Positions 8,739-17,225 of a stretch of 64,000 bases of DNA are shown in pieces. Positions within the stretch are counted from its first letter, which is position 1. Each line of letters starts with the position of its first letter. The notes under the pieces were generated by a model. It had not been told where the DNA came from. It saw only the letters and a list, made by a program, of their open reading frames with translations, and did not search any database. Both the position numbers and the translations under genes were made by a program. Source of the stretch: Candidatus Bathyarchaeota archaeon (GTDB lineage Archaea > Thermoproteota > Bathyarchaeia > Bathyarchaeales > Bathycorpusculaceae); NCBI GenBank assembly GCA_963828195.1, contig CAWHDT010000003.1:397397-461396 (forward strand). The letters run 5' to 3'.

Positions 8739-11234
8739 TTAGATTATTCTGAGCTCAATATCATCTTCAGGAATCGTGAAGCCAACATCCTTCTTATACC
8801 AATAATCGACTTGCTCCTTAGAGATATATCTAAAATCGTCACCAAGAAAGACAGGTAAACTGCTTAGAGAATCTTTGAATCGATTTGCATATCTAATAGT
8901 AATTGTATTTTCATTTATCATCTTTCTCTTTTCTATGAGCTTAGCTTTTCTATCAAAGCCCTTAGTATCTTGTAAAATCTGCTGCACTTCTTCTCTTACA
9001 CGAATTGCTTCGTCATCTCTTTCAACAAATATGGATATAGCGGTATAATCTTCTGCGATAAGCTCGAATTTACCCAAATCCCCCAAGTCCAAAAGACTCA
9101 AATGCTCGACAATTTCTTCAGAATCCTGAATTCTGCTTCTCTCGCCTATTTTTTTATAGTATTCGGAAATAGGTTTAGCCAAGTCTTTTTCTGAAAAGTT
9201 TCTTCCAATTTTTTTCAATACTTCGCATGTGGCATCTACTAGAACCTTGTCGTAAACAAAAGAATGAAAAGGTCTGCTGTTTTCATCCTTCGTTAACAGT
9301 ATCACGTTAAAGATACCTTTTTCTTTCTTATTGTTTCGATTGCATCTTCCTGCCGTTTGAATAATGCTGTCAAGGGGTGCTAAGTCGCGGTAAACTACAT
9401 CGACGCTTATGTCAACACCTGCTTCAATTAATTGTGTGGTTACAATGACTTTTCGGCAGGTATCGACCTTTATTCTGTCGATTCTTCGGAGTCTATCCGA
9501 TGGTAAAATATGCGTGGATAGATTGATTAACTCTGTTTTCCCAACCCTATATATTCCATCAGCATCAACGTGGCCTGAGCACTCAGGGCAAAGTGCAAGA
9601 AGGCAATTTCTGAGAAACTCATACAAACGCTGACATGAACCAATTGTGTTTAAAACAATCATTATGTCCTTTGAGTCATTATGTATGATTTCCTGTAATA
9701 CGGTTTCTTTAAACGTTTCAAAATCTCTGGGAATAAACTCGCCATTTTCGTTTAAGTCAAGATTAAAATCAACTCGGTCGAAAATTTTGAAATACTCATT
9801 TTTATCATGTACAAGCTCTTTTGCTTCGTTTGGAAAAATTAATGGCTGAGTCGCAGTCATCAAAATAATCCAACAGTCGAATTTTGACGCCAACAATCTC
9901 AGGGTATTATTGATTAATAGCCAGTATTTGGAGGGGATAGCTTGGACTTCGTCAAGAATTATTATGGAATTTGTTATGTTATGAAATTTTCGTGCTGACC
10001 TATTTTTGTTAGTAATGAGACTATAGAAGAATTGTATGAAGGTAGTAATAACAATTTCAGAGTTCCAAGCTTCTGTAAGTAATAACGCTTTGTTTAAATC
10101 CGCGATTGGATTTAATTCGGCTTGCAATTCAGCGTCTTTCAATTCAGTATAACTAACATCGGATAAGTGGTGATGCTTTAAAAATAAATTTGAAGGAACA
10201 ATATTATACTGCTGTTTCAGAACTTCGTTCAGAACATAACTGTTTTGGTCTATAATACTTAAAAAAGGCAAACAATAAATTATTCGCGGTACAAAACCAG
10301 CCTCTTTCTCAACTCTATGTCTTAACTTTAGAGCGAAGGAGAACCCAGCTAAGGTTTTACCAATTCCTGTGGGCAAATTAATTGACAGCAACCTATCTTT
10401 GTTAAGGTTAATTTCTGGCAGAGAACGCATTATGTCCACATATGCCCGTTCTCTTTGAGTACTTATTTCGTCAGTGTTAATTTTGAAAGATTTTTCTTTA
10501 AAGCTGTCCACAATATCTTCTTCAAGGGAAGTAATTCTCAAGGGTGACTCCAAGTTAGCTGCATCCATTTTATCTGAATCAAGCAGTACAGAATAGAGAA
10601 GCAACATTGTAAGGTAATTGCCCATGTCTTTCATATTGCGCATCTTCCGTGTTGCAGCACGAATTTCTTTAGTGAGAGAATCCCAATTCTCAATTTCGTC
10701 AAATAGCCTTACGACATCCAAGTTGTTGATTAATTCGGCAAAAATTTGTTGAATTTCTTTTAAGTTCTCGGTTTTGATATTACGGATTTGCTCGCTTATG
10801 AGCATTTTTGATCCAGGGTCTTTTAATGTCGTTGCTTCAGCGCTTTCTTCTCCCCACAGATTTTGAATATTGCCATGATGCTTCTTAACTATAACCCAAG
10901 CTATTACAGGCAAGCATTGAAATTCTTCAAGTCGCCCTATGGATGATAAGTGAGCTCGCACGACCTGATAGGAAAGAAGTGAGGACAGCAGTCCATGTTG
11001 GGCTTTTTGGGACTTACGGCCCTTAGTAAGAAGGTCTTGAAAATACGTGGTTGCTTTACCTAAGTCATGCGTAACACCGATTAAGCGTGCGACGTCAGCC
11101 AGTATCTGTTTGTTTTGTATTTCTTTAGACTTTATCAATTTTTCAGAAAAGATACCAACATTTTTCAGATGAATGACTAGAGGCTTATCAGGGTGGGACT
11201 TAAGATTATAAGAATACAACATTGTCAGGTCCAA
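8739..11234 (-). CDS. cas3: Cas3 HD nuclease-helicase
   Basis: HDLGK, HHG, LPTGIGKT, DEVQ, TAT, QTAGRCNR. Confidence 0.97.
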   Translation of the reverse strand: MDLTMLYSYNLKSHPDKPLVIHLKNVGIFSEKLIKSKEIQNKQILADVARLIGVTHDLGKATTYFQDLLTKGRKSQKAQHGLLSSLLSYQVVRAHLSSIGRLEEFQCLPVIAWVIVKKHHGNIQNLWGEESAEATTLKDPGSKMLISEQIRNIKTENLKEIQQIFAELINNLDVVRLFDEIENWDSLTKEIRAATRKMRNMKDMGNYLTMLLLYSVLLDSDKMDAANLESPLRITSLEEDIVDSFKEKSFKINTDEISTQRERAYVDIMRSLPEINLNKDRLLSINLPTGIGKTLAGFSFALKLRHRVEKEAGFVPRIIYCLPFLSIIDQNSYVLNEVLKQQYNIVPSNLFLKHHHLSDVSYTELKDAELQAELNPIADLNKALLLTEAWNSEIVITTFIQFFYSLITNKNRSARKFHNITNSIIILDEVQAIPSKYWLLINNTLRLLASKFDCWIILMTATQPLIFPNEAKELVHDKNEYFKIFDRVDFNLDLNENGEFIPRDFETFKETVLQEIIHNDSKDIMIVLNTIGSCQRLYEFLRNCLLALCPECSGHVDADGIYRVGKTELINLSTHILPSDRLRRIDRIKVDTCRKVIVTTQLIEAGVDISVDVVYRDLAPLDSIIQTAGRCNRNNKKEKGIFNVILLTKDENSRPFHSFVYDKVLVDATCEVLKKIGRNFSEKDLAKPISEYYKKIGERSRIQDSEEIVEHLSLLDLGDLGKFELIAEDYTAISIFVERDDEAIRVREEVQQILQDTKGFDRKAKLIEKRKMINENTITIRYANRFKDSLSSLPVFLGDDFRYISKEQVDYWYKKDVGFTIPEDDIELRII

Positions 11235-11913
11235 TTCTGTAGGATGAGTTCTCGGACATTTTCACAGGCTTTCCATCGGTCTCGTATATTACATTCGCAA
11301 ATTCTTTTACAATTCGTTCTTGATTCATATAGATAGGAATACGCTCAATGCCATATCGCTTGTTTTCTTCAATTAATAGGCGCCCTCTATCTTTCCGAAC
11401 TACGCTTTGAACCATTTCTTCGCCCGTTTTAGCCACTTCATACTCGCCCACGTAAGCAAAGTTTGCTATTAAATTAGCCGTCCCAAGAGAAGGCGTATAA
11501 TAACTGTAATGTTTTCTTAAAAATCCCCCAAACTTTAATCCAATATGTTCTTTTATGGTTTGAAAGTAAATTCTGTATTTTGGGTTCTTTACAAATTCGA
11601 ATGGAATAAGCGTACGAGGATTTTCGCCTATGTCTCTAAGGCAGAATCCTCTAGAAGTATCTATTAGCGATATGTTGATTCTAGTTTTTTTCAAAGGATT
11701 CATTACACGGATAGCAAGTCGCGTATTTTGTGGCGAAAACAGATCGTAATATGAATCGCGGTTTAGCCCAATAATGGCTGAGATGAGCCCTGCCAGCGCT
11801 GTTCCCGTGGGTATAGCGTAAGTTAGAGGGGAAGTGGTTGTCTCTATCTTGCGGAAATGGGCATAATCGCCCCAAATGTCAAAAACAAGAGCCTTAGTTT
11901 TCATCTCGTCCAT
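11206..11913 (-). CDS. cas5: Cas5 (Cas5h, type I-B)
   Basis: FDIWGDYAHFRK..TSPLTY, YTPSLG. Confidence 0.93.
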   Translation of the reverse strand: MDEMKTKALVFDIWGDYAHFRKIETTTSPLTYAIPTGTALAGLISAIIGLNRDSYYDLFSPQNTRLAIRVMNPLKKTRINISLIDTSRGFCLRDIGENPRTLIPFEFVKNPKYRIYFQTIKEHIGLKFGGFLRKHYSYYTPSLGTANLIANFAYVGEYEVAKTGEEMVQSVVRKDRGRLLIEENKRYGIERIPIYMNQERIVKEFANVIYETDGKPVKMSENSSYRIGPDNVVFL

Positions 11914-11932
11914 GACTTTTCTTTCCCAACGT

Positions 11933-12937
11933 CTATTCCAAGCTTAGTTTTGTGGCATTGAGTTCCTCTGTCATAATTTTGATAAAATCAGCACTATTCT
12001 TTTTCTGATTATCTTTGATGAAAGTTAGCTCTGAATTCACTTCAAATTCTATTCTTGCAATTTTGGCTTTATGTTTGCTGAGGCTGTCAACAAGTTCATT
12101 GATATCCAAATCAAAATCGGCTACGTTACGAATTGCCTCACCGCTTTTTTCTGTAACTAACAAGATTTTTTTGTCTAGATCGCCAATGTGATAATTTTCC
12201 TCTTTGTAAATTATACGCAGCATTAGCCGAGGCATCTGGCCTATCTTAGAGCGCGATACAAGGTTCTTTGTGCCATTCCATAATCCGTCTAGAAGTAAAG
12301 ATACGTCCTCTTCCGTTAAGTGCGTGTACTGAGAAGCGTTTTCGTTAATAATACCATAAAAACAAATAAATGAGTATGGCAGAACATATTCATCTCTGAA
12401 GGTTTTTTGTTCTTTGTCTTTTCCCGAGGCGAATGCACCTGTTCCCTTTATGTGCATTACTTCGACTTTGTGAAGCGAACGCCCCATGCTGAATTGTACA
12501 GGCCCAGTTAAAGTAATTGCGCTTTTTTCTTTTTCGTTCTTCTCAATTGGTACAGTGCCGCCGAACAAACGAACGTCAATGCATTGGCTGAGAATATTTT
12601 GCGCGATAATATCTTTCATTTCGGCAAAGGCGAGATTTTTTTTCTCAACTTTTTCTCCATTTTTAATCAGGAAATCTTCAGCTCGAAGCTTTGCGTCTTG
12701 TATTTTCCCAGCCTCATATTCAATCTCACGTACAAAAATATCACCTGCTTGCTTTTTCCTGAAATTATAGAGATGGTCTCTAACGGTTCTTTTGAGCCTG
12801 ACATCAGTAACAATGTTTATGCCTGTTTCTTCATCAATTCTTGGTTTATTTTCGTCCATTGGGTCGCCATTTGGGTTTGCAAATTGGCTATCATAAAAAA
12901 AGACTATTTCAGACCTGTTTTTTATCATATTACTCAT
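11933..12937 (-). CDS. cas7: Cas7 (Csh2, type I-B)
   Basis: ANPNGDP..NKPRID, VTDVRLKRTVRD, DVRLFG. Confidence 0.95.
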   Translation of the reverse strand: MSNMIKNRSEIVFFYDSQFANPNGDPMDENKPRIDEETGINIVTDVRLKRTVRDHLYNFRKKQAGDIFVREIEYEAGKIQDAKLRAEDFLIKNGEKVEKKNLAFAEMKDIIAQNILSQCIDVRLFGGTVPIEKNEKEKSAITLTGPVQFSMGRSLHKVEVMHIKGTGAFASGKDKEQKTFRDEYVLPYSFICFYGIINENASQYTHLTEEDVSLLLDGLWNGTKNLVSRSKIGQMPRLMLRIIYKEENYHIGDLDKKILLVTEKSGEAIRNVADFDLDINELVDSLSKHKAKIARIEFEVNSELTFIKDNQKKNSADFIKIMTEELNATKLSLE

Positions 12938-14735
12938 CCAACTTTTCTTCTGTTACTTTGAAGATTGGAGCTAAAGTCATTCCTAAAGCAAAGAAGTAGC
13001 TAGTTTCTTCACTTGTTAAGTGCCAACCATTGTTTTCTGCTTCTACTAGTGCTTTAGCGGTCGTCTTTTCCAACGTAGTGTATGCCACTTTGTATTCTCT
13101 CAATTTCTGAATGGCCTCGGGAAAAAGGCTCTTTACTCTATGTTCATCAAGTCGTAATCCAAATAATTTTTCTCTAAACGGCATTGATCCGCGATTTGCA
13201 AACTGAACATCTAGCAAATATTTCGCTAAGACACCTTCTAGAAATGCAGCTTGTTTGCCGGGTGTATTAAAAGCATTCCCGTAGTCCTCAAAAAACTTTG
13301 AAAATCTATCATCTTCAATTTTTCCAGTCACCGTTTGAGTCCCCCATTCATCCAGTATCTTCAATTTATCAAGTAATAAAATTATCATTAAGGATTTTAA
13401 GGATAAAACTTTTGTGTAGTAATCATTTCCCTTTGTAAACGAACTACGTAATGTTCTACTGAAAGCGTTAATTAGTAAGCTGGCACGTATTTGTCTTTGC
13501 GCGAGTAAGTCACTTATTATATCTATAAAATATTTGTCGTATATGCCATCAATTTTTGAGTTGGGAAAAAAATCTCTTATCAATTTGCCGATGGAAGTAT
13601 CTTGGTCGGGGTTTTTATCAAAGTGACCTACCCATTTGTTACCGAATATAATTTTTAATGCCTCTTCTCGAAAGATAGGCAGGCTATTTTCCGAGTAAAT
13701 GATTTCCTTTCTGGCAACGAAAATCTTTTGAATCCACGATGGGGGAACGTCTTCAACATACCGCATTATGTCAAAGTAATCGCTTTGTTTTGGTTTAGTG
13801 AAGACAAATGTCAAGCCAACTTGCTCTTTTTTATCTGCAATAATTTCTGAAATATTATCTTCTTTACATATTAGACGGTCGTATTGCTTTTTGGGACTTT
13901 TAATTTCATCTAAAATTTCATCATTAGGCTCAAAAATGAAATCAGGTATTAAGTAAAATTTCAGACCGTACAAGCTTTTGTATAGATATTTATTGAGAAA
14001 ATCTTTACCTGCTGATAGCACTATTGCACAATCAGCGCATATTGGCAAACGCTTCCATGCATCTTCTCTTAGGAAGTTTGGAGCAAACCCTCTCTTGTCA
14101 AGGGTGTATATAGAAAATGGCGATGCAAACCCCATAACTTCTTTGGGTTTTCCGCAAATGAAGCAAGTGCCTTCGCCCTTTGCCTCAACATCATGTTTTG
14201 AATAAAAACCTTTAAGCCCTTCATTTTTCAGAATGTTCCTAAAAACCTCAAAATCGCCAATATAGCGTATATTGTTTTCTTCAATTGTTATAGTAACGAT
14301 TGTATTTCGTCTTATGTCTGGCGAAATAGCCTTGTACTCTTTTTCAAAATCACCAAATATTCTCTCTATGTTAACTAAAAACTCTGTCTTAAGAGAAGAT
14401 AGAATTTGATCTTTAAGATATTCGCTTGGGACAGACTTGAACCAAAGCTCAAAACGCTGTCTCATCTTTTCAGGGATAGCTATTCTTGAAGTCGGCGTAA
14501 CATCATACCGTTGATGGCGATAAACTCGGTATAGATATTTTGTCGAGTCCTTCTGATTGAAAGCTCGAAGGAAAATATTTTTGTATAAAAGCCTTCCTTG
14601 CTGGCATTCAAAGTTAATACACAAAACATTTTTTACATCTTCAAGCTTTGAAGATTCAATGAACATGCTTTCAGCGCATAAGCTCTCACTTCGGCAAGCA
14701 TAATCTCCTAGGGCTTTTACAGCGGGTAACATCAT
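12930..14735 (-). CDS. cas8b: Cas8b (Csh1-like large subunit)
   Basis: CFICG...PICADC Zn motif, YTLDKRGF, C-terminal Cas11-like helices (YFFALGM), position between cas6 and cas7. Confidence 0.88.
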   Translation of the reverse strand: MMLPAVKALGDYACRSESLCAESMFIESSKLEDVKNVLCINFECQQGRLLYKNIFLRAFNQKDSTKYLYRVYRHQRYDVTPTSRIAIPEKMRQRFELWFKSVPSEYLKDQILSSLKTEFLVNIERIFGDFEKEYKAISPDIRRNTIVTITIEENNIRYIGDFEVFRNILKNEGLKGFYSKHDVEAKGEGTCFICGKPKEVMGFASPFSIYTLDKRGFAPNFLREDAWKRLPICADCAIVLSAGKDFLNKYLYKSLYGLKFYLIPDFIFEPNDEILDEIKSPKKQYDRLICKEDNISEIIADKKEQVGLTFVFTKPKQSDYFDIMRYVEDVPPSWIQKIFVARKEIIYSENSLPIFREEALKIIFGNKWVGHFDKNPDQDTSIGKLIRDFFPNSKIDGIYDKYFIDIISDLLAQRQIRASLLINAFSRTLRSSFTKGNDYYTKVLSLKSLMIILLLDKLKILDEWGTQTVTGKIEDDRFSKFFEDYGNAFNTPGKQAAFLEGVLAKYLLDVQFANRGSMPFREKLFGLRLDEHRVKSLFPEAIQKLREYKVAYTTLEKTTAKALVEAENNGWHLTSEETSYFFALGMTLAPIFKVTEEKLDE

Positions 14736-15495
14736 TGCTTCGCTTCTTTATCAGATTTGTGAATCCGTATCCTATGCTGTTGAGTTCTCCTAGTCCGGTG
14801 TCTAGGGCGAATTGTAGTAGCTTTTGTTTGTCCTTGCTTAAATAATTAAAGGTGAATCGCCAGGTGCTGCCGAAGATTTTGGATTCGCGCCCATCAATTA
14901 CGAGGTGGTTGCAGACTTGTTTTTGGAACTCAAACTGTTCGAAGATTGGGAACGCCTCCAATTTTGTGTCGTAAAACTGGTTGTATTTTTTGAACAGGTT
15001 GTCTTCTACTTGTTTGACGAAGGCTTCGAAGGGGTATTGTTTGCGCCAGTAGACGTACTCGTAATCTTGAGGCGGCACGATGTCGTAGTGGGCGTAGTTG
15101 GCTTTGGGTATTCTGGCGACGATGGGTGTGCCCGCCGCCAAGACGCATGAGCCGCCGATTTTGGGCTCCAAAACCGAGATGCCTTCCACGGAAAAAGACA
15201 TCTCGCCGATGTTCACCCGTTCCTTGCCGCGGTTAAGCTTCTCCAGTCCGCCTGCAACCACGCCGATCAAGCCCGCGTCGGGGGAAGAGACCAGAAACCG
15301 CCGTGCGTCGCCCTGCTGCATGTCTGTGCTGGGGAAGATGTTGCTGAAGCAGAAGTATTTGTAGCCGCGTTTGTCATGGAGGTCGCTGTAGGCTGAGCCG
15401 CGCAGCTGCTCGTAGATGAAGCCCTGCAGTTTGTGGTGGTACATGAGGTCGTAGATGCAGTTTGCCTCGGCTTTAAGCTCAACGAGCACGCGCAT
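14686..15495 (-). CDS. cas6: Cas6 crRNA endoribonuclease
   Basis: YHHKLQGFIY, LHDKRGYKYFCFS, glycine-rich loop GLGELNSIGYG. Confidence 0.95.
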   Translation of the reverse strand: MRVLVELKAEANCIYDLMYHHKLQGFIYEQLRGSAYSDLHDKRGYKYFCFSNIFPSTDMQQGDARRFLVSSPDAGLIGVVAGGLEKLNRGKERVNIGEMSFSVEGISVLEPKIGGSCVLAAGTPIVARIPKANYAHYDIVPPQDYEYVYWRKQYPFEAFVKQVEDNLFKKYNQFYDTKLEAFPIFEQFEFQKQVCNHLVIDGRESKIFGSTWRFTFNYLSKDKQKLLQFALDTGLGELNSIGYGFTNLIKKRSNDVTRCKSPRRLCLPK

Positions 15496-15613
15496 AAGGC
15501 AATCTTTCGAAGCTTTACCAATTTAACAATTGCGTAACATGCAGAACCAACCCGCCGAAAAACCCCGCCCCACCCGCCCATATCCGACAATAACTTCAAC
15601 ATGGATCAACATG

Positions 15614-15743
15614 GAAAGTCGCAACCCGCCCATCCGAAAGTCGCAACACGCAAACGCCTTCAAGACCTAAACCAAAAAACCAAACCAAAACACAACCAGC
15701 CAAGGCGGAAAGTCGCAACTTACGCCACACCGAAAGTCGCAAC
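15614..15743. repeat. Four perfect direct 12-bp repeats GAAAGTCGCAAC, in two pairs
   Basis: Copies at 15614, 15636, 15708 and 15732 in the divergent intergenic region upstream of cas6. Confidence 0.9.
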
Positions 15744-15831
15744 AAAAAAATAAAACCCGAAAATTTCAATCGTCAAACAAAAAATTGATAAATGAGGGGT
15801 GCTTTTCTTTAGACGTTAAGGTGAAATTTGA

Positions 15832-16254
15832 ATGGCAAGCAATGTTCTCGTAAGAGACATAATGTCAAAAGATGTTAAAACTGTGCGCAATGATACAACA
15901 GTCAAAGAAGTAATTGCATTAATGAACAAATTCGACAAAGATGCAATTCTTGTTGAACAAAGCGGAAAACCCACTGGAATCATAACGGTCAAAGATGTCT
16001 TGGTAAGAGCAGTTGAGCATGGCGTACCCCTAAGTACAATCATCGCGCGAATGGTCTACACAAACCCGCTGGTGACGATAACTGAGGAAGCAACCGTTGA
16101 AGAAGCAGCTAACTTGATGAAAGAATGGCGAATCAAACACTTACCAATCGTTGACAAAAACGGCGCCCTCGTAGGCATGGTAAATGACAGGGACATAATC
16201 TACGCGGTTCCTTCATTGATGTCAACGATGGAAGAGTTCTGTCGAACAAAATAA
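15832..16254 (+). CDS. CBS-pair protein
   Basis: VRDIMSKDV..GIIT..KHLPIVD..LVGMV. Confidence 0.92.
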   Translation: MASNVLVRDIMSKDVKTVRNDTTVKEVIALMNKFDKDAILVEQSGKPTGIITVKDVLVRAVEHGVPLSTIIARMVYTNPLVTITEEATVEEAANLMKEWRIKHLPIVDKNGALVGMVNDRDIIYAVPSLMSTMEEFCRTK

Positions 16255-16384
16255 GTGGCTAAATAACTCTTTTTTCTTCTTTAACTTTTTAAAAATTTTT
16301 CAAGCAAGATTTGTTGCTGTGCCTCTACACTCACATATGTTTAAGAAAGCTGGCGACCGCTTAACTATTATTTAGGTGCAAGTC

Positions 16385-16570
16385 ATGAGCAAAAAAAAGC
16401 CCCATCAACCTCACACTTTAGGAGTCCCGTCATCTCAGGAGACACCAGTGAAAGGCGTAGAGCCAGGCCAAGTGCCCTGTCCAGTCTGCGGTAAAACATT
16501 CAAGACCCACTCGGAAATGGAGAGACACACCGATTCGATGCACCATGAAACAAAAGGCCACGAAGAATAA
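16385..16570 (+). CDS. Small C2H2 zinc-finger protein
   Basis: CPVCGKTFKTHSEMERHTDSMH. Confidence 0.75.
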   Translation: MSKKKPHQPHTLGVPSSQETPVKGVEPGQVPCPVCGKTFKTHSEMERHTDSMHHETKGHEE

Positions 16571-16617
16571 CTTTACCTTACCTTTTTCTTCTTTTGGAAC
16601 CTTAGCGTTTTAGCTGT

Positions 16618-16992
16618 TCATCCGTGTTCTATGAATGTCTCTTTTGCAGCTTCTTTTTTCATGTACTCTTTGAGTTTTTGCGGAGATATACAGGTCTTCA
16701 GGTTCGGACAATATTTGTTGGTGTGAAAAGTCAGAAGCTCCGATAGTGGCTCGACAATTTCTTTGTTCAAAAAGTAAATCTTTCCTTTTCCCGAACCCTC
16801 AGAATGCAACAGCGCACTTTGTTCCAAGCGGGTGACGTTGTAGGCAACTGTGTTTTCGTCCTGCTCAAGTTCCTTGGAAATTGCCGCGATGTCTTTTGGG
16901 CCTTCCCTTAAAACATCAATTATTGCCAGACGCGTTCTATTTGAAAGCGATGCGAAAAAAAGGTAATATGCCTCGTTTGAAAAATTTTCCAT
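16618..16992 (-). CDS. ArsR-family winged-helix regulator
   Basis: FFASLSNRTRLAIIDVL..HTH, C-terminal HxxKYC..C. Confidence 0.85.
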   Translation of the reverse strand: MENFSNEAYYLFFASLSNRTRLAIIDVLREGPKDIAAISKELEQDENTVAYNVTRLEQSALLHSEGSGKGKIYFLNKEIVEPLSELLTFHTNKYCPNLKTCISPQKLKEYMKKEAAKETFIEHG

Positions 16993-17225
16993 TTTAAATC
17001 ACTTCGGATAGGTTATTGTTTAAAAACTAAGCTTTCCGCAGTACTTTAATTTTGCTTAAAGCTATCAGTTAGCACTAATTTTGTTGCGATTCGAAACAAT
17101 AAGAGCAGCGAAAATTTGAGCAAAATAAAAAATATTGATACGCATTGATTTTTTTAAAGATCCATTGTTTTTTAATGCATTTGGAAAATCAAAAAAAGGA
17201 AGGTGGTGTTTTTGGTTGTGTTGGT

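Noticed and set aside
15763-15770. ATTTCAAT, equal to the crRNA 5' handle, upstream of cas6 (CreA/CreR-like mini-guide)
   Set aside because: Only 8 nt match. There is no recognisable rest of the repeat and no convincing complementarity to the cas6 promoter.
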